From Pyrinomonadaceae bacterium (lineage in GTDB: Bacteria > Acidobacteriota > Blastocatellia > Pyrinomonadales > Pyrinomonadaceae), in the NCBI GenBank assembly GCA_031366425.1, contig JANLZV010000361.1, positions 1 to 39,706 of the forward strand: DNA of 39,706 nt. Reading direction: 5' to 3'. A model generated the notes under the pieces. That model did not search any database, had not been told where the DNA came from, and saw nothing but the letters and a program-made list of their open reading frames with translations. Position 1 is the stretch's first letter, and each line of letters opens with the position of its first letter. The position numbers and the translations under genes were made by a program. Of this stretch, positions 27,957 to 36,247 are shown piece by piece.

Positions 27957-28700
27957 TTAAGCCGCCGGGTCGTCCAACTTCATCACGGCAAGCGCCTCTT
28001 TAGCAGCCGCAGCTTCGGCGCTCTTAATTGAACGACCCTGGGCTCGCACGCTTCCGCTGTCCCAATTGACCTCGACGTGGAAAGTTCGACGGTGCGGTGG
28101 GCCCTCGGCTTCAACCACCGAGTAGCGGGGCGCCGCGCGTCTTTCTGCCTGCAGTCTCTCCTGGAGCATTGTCTTGTAATCCGATTCGGCCGCAGCCATC
28201 GGCGTTACGATCCGCAACTCATCTTCGAGCACGTGCTTAACAAAATCGGTTGCTGCTGGTAAGCCGCCATCGACGAAGATCGCACCGGTCAATGCCTCCA
28301 GAACGTCGGCAAGTAGAGCCCCTTTGCGACGACCGCCGCTCATCTCTTCACCGCGGCCAAAGCGAAGGAAATCACCGAGCCGTAATCTTAACGATGCCGC
28401 CGCGAGCGTGTGCTCGCTAACCAAACTATGTTTCATCCGCGAGAGTTCGCCTTCGGTAACGGTCGGGTAAGCCTGGTAGAGGTAGTCGGCAACGATTAGA
28501 CCCAAAACGGAGTCGCCGAGAAATTCAAGTGTTTCGTTGTGGAGACGGCGCACTTGTTCATCTGTTCCAGGGCTGACTTGCTCGTGGGCCCACGAACGAT
28601 GAGTCAGAGCTCGCTCAAGCAAGGCGCGGTTTTGAAAATTGTAGACGAGGATCGACTCCAGGAGGTCGAGGTCCGGTGGTGTGATCTCCTGTTTCTTCAA
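27957..28700 (-). CDS. rnc: Ribonuclease III
   Basis: ALTHRSW, the signature NETLEFLGDSVLGLIVADYLY, and a C-terminal dsRNA-binding domain (DYKTMLQERLQ...PRYSVVEAEGPPHRRTFHVEV...AEAAAAKEAL). TTG start at 28700; there is no in-frame ATG upstream of the catalytic motif. Confidence 0.92.
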   Translation of the reverse strand: MKKQEITPPDLDLLESILVYNFQNRALLERALTHRSWAHEQVSPGTDEQVRRLHNETLEFLGDSVLGLIVADYLYQAYPTVTEGELSRMKHSLVSEHTLAAASLRLRLGDFLRFGRGEEMSGGRRKGALLADVLEALTGAIFVDGGLPAATDFVKHVLEDELRIVTPMAAAESDYKTMLQERLQAERRAAPRYSVVEAEGPPHRRTFHVEVNWDSGSVRAQGRSIKSAEAAAAKEALAVMKLDDPAA

Positions 28701-28710
28701 GATAGGTAAA

Positions 28711-28757
28711 TAAAAGCAAAAACCGGAAGCGATGGCAGTGAATAGCCACGCTTCCGG
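28711..28757 (-). terminator. Rho-independent terminator downstream of the 28791..30074 gene
   Basis: The minus strand reads ccggaagcg-tggctattcactgccat-cgcttccgg followed by tttttgctttta. This is a 9-bp GC-rich stem (28723..28731 / 28749..28757, extendable by tggc/gcca) plus a U-tract. Confidence 0.7.
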
Positions 28758-28790
28758 CTTCGGTTGAAAAAAAGGAACCTCGGCTGAAGG

Positions 28791-30074
28791 TCAGTGACCT
28801 CGTCGCGTGTTCGTTTTCGGATGATTGTTCTTCGGCTTCGTCGGCTTCACCACCGCCGCCGGCGATGCCGGAATGGTTGGCTTCGGCTTCGCACCAGCCG
28901 GCGTCGCCGGAATGGTTGGCTTCGGGGCCGCGACGGTTGAACCCGCTGCGGGTGTCGTCAAAGGTTTGCTGGCGGCTGGTGCTGCTCCAGTGCCAACGCC
29001 TGTACCGGTTCCTGAAGAGGCCGGGGTCACTGACGTTGACGGCGTGGTTGACGGCAAGGTCGTGATCGGAGTTGGCTCTGGCGGCAAAGGCTTCGCCGTG
29101 GCACTGGCGATCATCTCCGGCAGTCCCGCATCAGAGTCCTTGTGACGATACTTATACCAGATGGTAAGTGCGTCCACCCACGCAGCCTTGTTCGTTTGAT
29201 ACTTAGCATTATTGCCGGCGAGCGCCACCGCGCGAGCATAGGCATCTACCATTCGGTCAACGACCTGATTGATGTTCTCTAGCGCAAGCTTGCTCTCAGG
29301 GGTTTCATCCTTGCCTTCAAACTTGAGCTTGTATTCGGCCGACAACTTGTTGTAAGGCCCCGTCTCATAAGCGACTGCAATGAAGACATAGATCCATGGA
29401 TCTTTTTTCAGTTCGCTTTCAAACTGGGCCGCTTTGATTAACTTAGTAAGCGACTCAGACGGATTACTTTTAAGGGTAAGCTGACCAATCGCATTGTAGA
29501 GATAGGTTAACGTATCGTCCTTAGATAAATACGGGACCCAATTCTCGGGAGCTTTTCCCGACTCTATTGCAGCAATCGCTTTGCGGGCATACCCGAGAGA
29601 CTCGGCACTGTAGGTCTCATTCTTCGCTAATAGCAGAGGATAACCAGCGTAGCCCAAATCAATGAGCACTCGGAGGTTTTCCGGATCGTCAGCCAGAACC
29701 TGTCTTCCCAGTTCAAACGCTTTGACGTAATCCTTCTTTTCGTAGACCAGCACCTTAACCTGGTCGGGGCGGCGCGCCTTGTCGATCGGAGCAACGAATT
29801 TGTCACGGAGGTAGGCAACGTACGTCTCTTCACCGGGATTGGTCGGACAAGCCAAATATTTCTTAGCCAATCCATAGGCTTTGTCCTGTTCCGAGTTGCG
29901 GATTTTGACGAATTCGTTGTACCAGGCTAGTTTACTTTCTGCGCTGCATTCGCCCTGCGCCGCGGCGGGAGTTGAAGCCGGCGTCTGCGCCTTCACTTCA
30001 TTGACCGTCGCGAAGCTGACCGCTAACACCGCAGCGCTCGCATAAGTTGCTAACACGCCAATAGTTTTTTTCAT
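28791..30074 (-). CDS. Secreted hypothetical protein, helical/TPR-like body with a Pro/Thr/Ala-rich repetitive tail
   Basis: Signal peptide MKKTIGVLATYASAAVLAVSFATVNEVKAQ. The alpha-helical body is rich in Tyr, Lys and Ala. The C-terminal ~110 aa are low complexity with a 13-aa (39-nt) tandem unit: gccggaatggttggcttcgg occurs at 28867..28886 and 28906..28925. No family recognised. Confidence 0.6.
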   Translation of the reverse strand: MKKTIGVLATYASAAVLAVSFATVNEVKAQTPASTPAAAQGECSAESKLAWYNEFVKIRNSEQDKAYGLAKKYLACPTNPGEETYVAYLRDKFVAPIDKARRPDQVKVLVYEKKDYVKAFELGRQVLADDPENLRVLIDLGYAGYPLLLAKNETYSAESLGYARKAIAAIESGKAPENWVPYLSKDDTLTYLYNAIGQLTLKSNPSESLTKLIKAAQFESELKKDPWIYVFIAVAYETGPYNKLSAEYKLKFEGKDETPESKLALENINQVVDRMVDAYARAVALAGNNAKYQTNKAAWVDALTIWYKYRHKDSDAGLPEMIASATAKPLPPEPTPITTLPSTTPSTSVTPASSGTGTGVGTGAAPAASKPLTTPAAGSTVAAPKPTIPATPAGAKPKPTIPASPAAVVKPTKPKNNHPKTNTRRGH

Positions 30075-30325
30075 TAGTACTAAAAACCTCCCGGTTCTCT
30101 CTTCCGTTTCTCGGCAATCTCGCAGGATTCGTCAGCTTCTGACAGCGTGGCCGATTCGCGCCCCACTACGATGCTCACTTACAAATCTCGGTTGCCGATT
30201 TTGGTCACGCCGGAGGAGAGACCACCCTTTACGCTAAATTAAGATGAAGTCCAAATAGAACGCCCGCAATATTCCTGCAACTACTTGACACCTGTCAAGG
30301 CGTTAGCCGTCTAATCGCGACAACC

Positions 30326-30374
30326 AAAAAAGAACTGCGCCGGACCTCGTCAAGTGTACGAGCGTCCGGCGCAG
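30326..30374 (-). terminator. Rho-independent terminator downstream of the transpeptidase gene
   Basis: The minus strand reads ctgcgccggac-gctcgtacacttgacgag-gtccggcgcag followed by ttctttttt. This is an 11-bp stem (30335..30345 / 30364..30374) with an inner ctcgt/acgag extension, 33 nt after the stop at 30408. Confidence 0.7.
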
Positions 30375-30407
30375 ATTGGTTTTCCGCGGGTTGCAACTCC
30401 CTTGCAA

Positions 30408-32105
30408 TTAAGGCTTCGGGGGCTGGATCTTCCGCTGTCTGTCATCAGGCTGTGTCGCGGGTTTGGCAGAAGTCTTCGCAGCAGCAGGAGCGGCTGTTTT
30501 TTGCGGCGGATACTGCATCAGGACCCGCTTCACCGTATTGTGCGGAGTGGCCGCCGATGGATTCACCGCAGCTTCGGGCAAGGCTGCAGCAGGATCATCG
30601 GACGCCAGGTCACTCGCCTGGCTAGCTTCAATTTCCGCAGCTTCGGCTTCAGCGTCTTTCTCTTCTTCGTTGAGCGCAGCGGCCTTCGAGTCATTCGTAG
30701 TTTCGCCGGTGGCTACCTGCAGATGGATTGGAGTGCCAAAGCGCTGATTGAGATCGCGATAAATTCGTCCGGCCACAGCAGCCGGGAAATGGCTCCGAGC
30801 GTCAGGTCCACGACCGATTACGACGACTGCGAGCCGCGGATTAGCCAACGGAGCATAAGAGGTAAACAAACCAACCCAAGCTCCCTGCTGAATACAAGTA
30901 CCGGTTTTACCGGCCACGGTCTGGAGTGGATCGTAGGCTTTCTTGCCTGAACCGTAGTTCACTGCGCCAACCATTCCCGGAACCATGCGACGCAAGTTTT
31001 CGGGACTAACGTCTAGTTGCCGGCGGACCTTGGCCTTGGTTTGTTCCTGTTCTTTCAGGGTACGCGGTAGGTAAGGCACTAACAGTCTTCCGCCGTTGGC
31101 CATGGCCGAGACCAGGGTTCCCAGCTGAAGTGGAGTAACTTCAAAATCGTCTCCGTGCGACGACATGCGATTGAGAGCGAAGCCAGTTTTTTCCGCGGGC
31201 AGTTTGCCGGCATACTCATTCGGAGCATTCACACCAGTCTTTTCCCCTAATCCCATCTCGCGCGCGTAGCTCATCATTTTATTGAAGCCAACCTGACCGC
31301 CCACGTGTTGAAAGTAGGTATTGTTTGAGTAAGCCAACGCATCAGTCAGATCCAGACGAGGGCGATCTGAAATGTTCGTCGTCTCATATGGGCTGATCAC
31401 TTTTTCGCCCAAGCCGGCGATGCCCGTCACCAGTTTGATCGTCGAACACGGCTTAAACCCGCGACGCAATGCCCACTCCTGATTAACTATCGAGTACACC
31501 TTGCCATTCATCGGATCCATCACGACGACCGTGCCGGCATGATAACCAAGAGCGTTCACGGCGGCCCGCCGAACTTCCATGTCCTCGCCGCGCGTATCAT
31601 CGCGGCTAATGAAAGTTTGGGCCTCATCGCGCATCGCTTTCTCAATTGCACGCTGCCGCGCGATCGCTGCCCTGCGCGCTGCTTCCGCCCGACGGCGAGC
31701 AGCCAGCAGCTCACGACGACGCTGCGCTCCGTTGCGACGTGATTCCGCGCGAAGTTCTCGTTTGGTCAATGGACGCCCAAGCCGGCGCGCCAACGACTTT
31801 AATGTCGACGCCTGTTCGCGGGCGCTCAGATTTCTTTGCCGCCGGAGTTCGCGACGCGATAGTTGCGGCGCTACGCGAGATTTCGCACCTCGGCGCGAGT
31901 CTCTGGCTGAAAGTCGTTCGTTGCGACGGTTACTGCGGCGATCCTTGGCTGAGGCCTTGGTCGATTTTTCCGCGTGCGCCGCTTTGCGGGGCTTGCTTTC
32001 CTGCCGCTTTTTTCCGAATCCGTTTATTTGAAGGGTTAAAACTAAAAGAATTGATAGTATGAAGGCGAAATGGAGATTGCGCGGGTGGCGGTTCGTCAAA
32101 GTCAT
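30408..32105 (-). CDS. Penicillin-binding transpeptidase-domain protein with an Arg-rich N-terminal region and an acidic/Ala-rich C-terminal tail
   Basis: TM anchor LHFAFILSILLVLTLQI. About 150 aa are very Arg-rich (RRELRRQRNLSAREQ...RRRELLAARRRAEAARRAAIARQRAIEKA). The transpeptidase domain carries all three active-site motifs: KPCSTIKLV (SxxK), YSNNTYF (SxN), AGKTGTC (KTG). I could not recognise the usual PBP dimerisation domain. Confidence 0.8.
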   Translation of the reverse strand: MTLTNRHPRNLHFAFILSILLVLTLQINGFGKKRQESKPRKAAHAEKSTKASAKDRRSNRRNERLSARDSRRGAKSRVAPQLSRRELRRQRNLSAREQASTLKSLARRLGRPLTKRELRAESRRNGAQRRRELLAARRRAEAARRAAIARQRAIEKAMRDEAQTFISRDDTRGEDMEVRRAAVNALGYHAGTVVVMDPMNGKVYSIVNQEWALRRGFKPCSTIKLVTGIAGLGEKVISPYETTNISDRPRLDLTDALAYSNNTYFQHVGGQVGFNKMMSYAREMGLGEKTGVNAPNEYAGKLPAEKTGFALNRMSSHGDDFEVTPLQLGTLVSAMANGGRLLVPYLPRTLKEQEQTKAKVRRQLDVSPENLRRMVPGMVGAVNYGSGKKAYDPLQTVAGKTGTCIQQGAWVGLFTSYAPLANPRLAVVVIGRGPDARSHFPAAVAGRIYRDLNQRFGTPIHLQVATGETTNDSKAAALNEEEKDAEAEAAEIEASQASDLASDDPAAALPEAAVNPSAATPHNTVKRVLMQYPPQKTAAPAAAKTSAKPATQPDDRQRKIQPPKP

Positions 32106-32497
32106 CAGGGTCTTATTACCTTTCCTGGGATGTTACGCCCACTTGCGTGAGCTGCGCCGAAACTTTAAGCCGCTAAGCTGGGTAGACGATGAAAGTGCGA
32201 CTTTTCGAAGTCAAAAGCTACGCTTTCAAGCGTTTGAGAGCGATTAACTGCTCTCATATTCCTGCTCGTCTTTTAACCTACGCCCTGTATTGTTGGGGCG
32301 AGAAGCGCACCTTCTCACACTGGCGGCCCGAAAGGAGACAATGGGGACATTGATTCGCGACCGAGGGGAATATACCATCCGAGCCTGGCACCGGCAACAC
32401 AAAAGTAAACTTTCGTACACAACTCGTGACGAAGGAATCTAGATTTCTGTGCTCCGGTTTCTCTAAGTAGCAAATTGTAGCCCGTCAGATCTAAACA

Positions 32498-34024
32498 ATG
32501 CCCAGACTCTTGAACAGCTTCCGCGTCCGCCTCGTCGCCCTACTGGCCGTGCTCCTGGGGTTGACCCTGGGCGTGCAGTACTACCTCAACGTGCGTTCGG
32601 TGCGAAGTAATGCCCACTTAATCGTCGAACAGGAGCAGGCGATCATGGCAGGCTTCGCGCTCGGCGTTAACGGCATCAATAGCCCCAAATACCTGGACCA
32701 GTTGCGCAACGACTTGCGCGAGCCGCTGCTGGATGAACGACACGGACGCGTTCGCAACGTGCTGGTGGTAGATAGCGACTTGAATGTCGCTGACAGTTTG
32801 GTCAAGGACTACCAGCCGGCCCGGCAGAACCCTGATAAGAGCACGAGCTACACCAAACTGTCCGATGTCCCCTTGCCTCCATTGACCAGCGCCCTGGAGT
32901 TGGCCCACGAAAATCAACAACTCCCCGTCGGGCTCACATCATCCGGTCCGGCTCTGGCCGGTGAACCCGGCGCTTTCTACTTTCCCGTGGAGACCAACAA
33001 GGGTCGTTGGTACGTGATTGTAGTGTTGGGTTCAGCCAGCACGCTGACTGACATTCTGGAACAGCAGGCTTCGCGTTCGGCTTTCTATACGTTGCTGCTA
33101 TTGCTGGCGACCACCCTGGTTACCGGTCTCTTCGTCTGGCGGTTTACGCGACCGATCAAAGATTTATCAGTCGCGGCACGACGCGTAGCCACCGGCAACT
33201 TCGACGTGAGAGTTCCGGTGGATCGTCATGATGAGATTGGTGCGCTGGCGGCTGCATTCAACGACATGACGGCGAGACTGGGTCGCGCGCGCGAACTTGA
33301 GTCGCAGCTTCATCAGGTCGAAAAGGCGGCGGTAGTCGGGAGACTGGCCGCGGCCATCGCTCACGAAATTCGTAACCCGCTCAATTACATCAATCTCACG
33401 TTGGATCATCTTCGATCGTCGTTCGCGCCTGTAGACGCATCAAAACGCGAGACGTTTGAGCGTCTGGCTGATCAACTGAAGGCTGAGGTCGGGCGAATCA
33501 ATCGTCACATCACAGATTTTCTGAAATATTCCAGACCTTCGGCACTCGAGCTTAGACCCCTTAATTTACGTCTCGAGCTCGAGGACGCGATGCGCGTGAT
33601 CGAGGGCCAGGCTGCCGAAAATGGCACGACGACGAGTTTGCAGGAAGCGAACAACGTCCCGCGGGTCTTCGCCGATCAGGATTCATTGCGCTCGGCGTTT
33701 ACGAATCTTTTGATAAATAGCCTGGAAGCAATGGCGGGAGAGGGCGGCAGCATCGGAATTACGATCGCCTCCGAGTCGGCGGAAAGAGTTCGCATCGAAG
33801 TGGCCGATACTGGCACGGGAATTCCGCTTGAAGATATTGCCAAAGTTTTCGAGCCTTATTATTCAACGAAAGAAACCGGAACAGGCCTGGGACTTGCCAT
33901 TGTCAAAAAAGCAATCGATGATCATGGCGGCTCGATCAATGTGAGTTCCAAAGAGGGTAGTGGCACAACGTTTACGATTCTCCTACCCGTAGAACCCGAA
34001 GGAAGGGAAAGGACAACGGATTAG
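32498..34024 (+). CDS. Sensor histidine kinase (2 TM, periplasmic sensor, HAMP, HisKA, HATPase_c)
   Basis: TM1 VRLVALLAVLLGLTLGVQYYL. About 150 aa of extracytoplasmic segment. TM2 FYTLLLLLATTLVTGLFVW. HAMP (RPIKDLSVAARRVATGNFDVRVP...AFNDMTARL). H box IAHEIRNPLNYI, N box NLLINSLEAM, G1 VADTGTGIP, G2 GTGLGLAIVKK. Confidence 0.9.
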   Translation: MPRLLNSFRVRLVALLAVLLGLTLGVQYYLNVRSVRSNAHLIVEQEQAIMAGFALGVNGINSPKYLDQLRNDLREPLLDERHGRVRNVLVVDSDLNVADSLVKDYQPARQNPDKSTSYTKLSDVPLPPLTSALELAHENQQLPVGLTSSGPALAGEPGAFYFPVETNKGRWYVIVVLGSASTLTDILEQQASRSAFYTLLLLLATTLVTGLFVWRFTRPIKDLSVAARRVATGNFDVRVPVDRHDEIGALAAAFNDMTARLGRARELESQLHQVEKAAVVGRLAAAIAHEIRNPLNYINLTLDHLRSSFAPVDASKRETFERLADQLKAEVGRINRHITDFLKYSRPSALELRPLNLRLELEDAMRVIEGQAAENGTTTSLQEANNVPRVFADQDSLRSAFTNLLINSLEAMAGEGGSIGITIASESAERVRIEVADTGTGIPLEDIAKVFEPYYSTKETGTGLGLAIVKKAIDDHGGSINVSSKEGSGTTFTILLPVEPEGRERTTD

Positions 34025-34077
34025 CCTGAGCGTCGACGCGTTTTGCAGGCTTCCTGGCTAATCTTCACTCAAAACTC

Positions 34078-35427
34078 ATGGCTCGAAAAAGCATACTGGT
34101 AGTAGACGACGAAAAGTCGCAGCGTGAAATTCTGGAGATGATTCTCTCGGGAGAAGGCTACGACGTGACCACGGCCTCGTCTGGTGAAGCCGCGATTAAG
34201 TTTGCGAAAGATCGGCGTTTCGATCTGGCGCTGACCGATCTCAAAATGACGGGCATGGACGGTATCGAGTTATTGCAGCATCTGTTAAGTCTCGATTCGT
34301 CGATCATCGTGATCCTGCTGACTGCACACGGCTCGATCGACTCAGCCAAAGAAGCCCTGCGCCGCGGCGCCTTCGAATATTTGGAAAAGCCTTACGACAA
34401 GACCGCATTGCTGGAGACTATCGACCGCGCGCTGCAACGCCTGGACGCGCTGGATACCGAAATCGTTTCCGCGTCACCCAAGATGGAAGCAGTCAAGCGG
34501 ATGATTTTGAAAGTGGCGCGCTCAAATTCTACGGTCTTGATTCGCGGCGAGTCGGGAACGGGAAAAGAACTGATCGCGCGGGCCACGCATAACCAGTCGC
34601 CGCGCGCCCAGGAGATGTTTCAAGCGGTGAACTGCGCCGCCATCAACGAAAACCTGCTCGAGTCTGAATTGTTCGGCCACGAAAAGGGTTCGTTTACCGG
34701 CGCTCATGCCGAGAAAAAAGGTCTTTTTGAAATTGCCGATCGCGGGACTTTGTTCCTCGACGAAATTGCCGAGCTCGACGTGGCGATGCAGGCGAAGCTT
34801 CTGCGGGCTTTGCAGGAACGCAAAGTCCGTCGCGTCGGCGGCACCCACGAGATTAGCGTAGACGTGCGCGTGATTGCCGCGACTAATCGCGACTTGCGGG
34901 CGATGGTTTCCGACGGACGCTTTCGCGACGATCTTTATTATCGCATCAACGTGCTTTCCGTCGACGTTCCGCCATTGCGCGAACGCCGTGAAGACATCCC
35001 CGTTTTGATCGACTACTTTTTGAAGAAACATACGCGCAACACCTCGCGCCTCGTTAGTGGACTGACGCCGGAAACACGAAAATTAATGCTCGACTACAGT
35101 TGGCCTGGGAACGTGCGGCAACTCGAGTCGGCGATTGAGCGCGCAATTTTGCTTTGCGAAGGCGATCTGATCGCTCTCGATGATCTGCCGATGGAAGTTC
35201 GTCAGGAATCGCGCCCGGTAGCGGAAGGTGCTTTTAAGCTTCCGCCTGAAGGGATCAGTTTCGAAGATGTCGAACGCGATTTGATCATGCAGGCAATGGA
35301 GCAGACTGACTACAACATCACCAAGTCTGCAAAGCTGCTGGGCTTGACCTTCCGCACGCTTCAGTACCGCCTGGAAAAGTTTGGCATTAAAAAACCGGAC
35401 GGCAGCGCCGGTGAAGAGGGTGCGTGA
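34078..35427 (+). CDS. Sigma-54-dependent response regulator (NtrC family: REC + AAA+ + Fis-type HTH)
   Basis: REC domain (ILVVDDE..., phospho-acceptor context DLALTDLKMTGMDG). Walker A GESGTGKE, ESELFGHEKGSFTGA (GAFTGA-loop variant), Walker B LFLDEI, RVIAATNRDL. C-terminal HTH ITKSAKLLGLTFRTLQYRLEKFGI. Confidence 0.92.
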   Translation: MARKSILVVDDEKSQREILEMILSGEGYDVTTASSGEAAIKFAKDRRFDLALTDLKMTGMDGIELLQHLLSLDSSIIVILLTAHGSIDSAKEALRRGAFEYLEKPYDKTALLETIDRALQRLDALDTEIVSASPKMEAVKRMILKVARSNSTVLIRGESGTGKELIARATHNQSPRAQEMFQAVNCAAINENLLESELFGHEKGSFTGAHAEKKGLFEIADRGTLFLDEIAELDVAMQAKLLRALQERKVRRVGGTHEISVDVRVIAATNRDLRAMVSDGRFRDDLYYRINVLSVDVPPLRERREDIPVLIDYFLKKHTRNTSRLVSGLTPETRKLMLDYSWPGNVRQLESAIERAILLCEGDLIALDDLPMEVRQESRPVAEGAFKLPPEGISFEDVERDLIMQAMEQTDYNITKSAKLLGLTFRTLQYRLEKFGIKKPDGSAGEEGA

Positions 35428-35452
35428 AGACGTCCGTTTTCAAAGTAATTCA

Positions 35453-35992
35453 ATGACGAAACATATAATTCTTTTCGCGGGCGTGCTCTGCTGCCTAATC
35501 GCGCTGGGTTGTTCAAAATCGCCCGACAAATCAACCAATGGCCCAACCGCTGTCGAGCAGCCCGTCGCGCAGGAAAAACGAATTGCGTCGGTCGACGTGG
35601 TCAAGGCTGTCGCTGAACCCGTGGAAATTTCTGTCGGCGGGTCAGCCGAACTGGTGCTCGCGCTGACGATTCAGGACGGGTATCACATTAACGCCAACCC
35701 ACCTTCGTATTCTTACTTGATAGCGACCGAGTTGCAGATGGCTCCGGCCGGCGGCGTCTCAATGGGACGCGTCGCTTACCCGCCGCCGATCAATGTGAAG
35801 CTCGCGTTTGCGGAGAAGCCGATTGGCGTCTACGAAGGCCAGACCCAAATTCGCGCGACCCTCAAGACTGACAAGACGGCCCAACCTGGTGAAAAATCTC
35901 TTTCGGCAAAATTGCGCATCCAGGCATGCGACAATCAAGTGTGCTTCCCGCCGGGCACGCTTGATTTGCAAATTCCGGTGCGCATCAAGTAG
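35453..35992 (+). CDS. Probable lipoprotein with a DsbD N-terminal (DsbD-alpha/PF11412-like) domain
   Basis: The track ORF starts earlier (35381), inside the regulator gene. ATG 35453 gives MTKHIILFAGVLCCLIALGCSKS (lipobox-like ALGC). The C-terminal LSAKLRIQACDNQVCFPPGTLDLQIPV matches the characteristic QxC-x4-C-xPP end of the DsbD-N family. Confidence 0.7.
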   Translation: MTKHIILFAGVLCCLIALGCSKSPDKSTNGPTAVEQPVAQEKRIASVDVVKAVAEPVEISVGGSAELVLALTIQDGYHINANPPSYSYLIATELQMAPAGGVSMGRVAYPPPINVKLAFAEKPIGVYEGQTQIRATLKTDKTAQPGEKSLSAKLRIQACDNQVCFPPGTLDLQIPVRIK

Positions 35993-36007
35993 TGGCGAGA
36001 GGCAAAC

Positions 36008-36247
36008 TTGAAGCTTTTCTGGATGATTGCGTCGGGGGTTTGTATTGTCGCAGCCGCAGTTTTTCTGCTGCTCGGCAATCTCAACGCGGCATTTGTGACG
36101 GCAGTGCTTGGCCTCGTGGCGTGGTTCCTTAATTACCGGGCTCAGGTGCAGGATAGTTTGGCTGCCGAAGCGGAAGATGAACTTGACGATCAAGATGGGC
36201 AGAATGGGATGGACAATTCAGATGATTACCAGGATTCGGAAGATTAA
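36008..36247 (+). CDS. Small two-TM membrane protein with an acidic C-terminal tail
   Basis: TTG 36008 (or ATG 36023). Hydrophobic helices MIASGVCIVAAAVFLLLGNL and AAFVTAVLGLVAWFL, then EAEDELDDQDGQNGMDNSDDYQDSED. No family recognised. Coding status rests on position in the operon and the TM pattern. Confidence 0.5.
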   Translation: MKLFWMIASGVCIVAAAVFLLLGNLNAAFVTAVLGLVAWFLNYRAQVQDSLAAEAEDELDDQDGQNGMDNSDDYQDSED

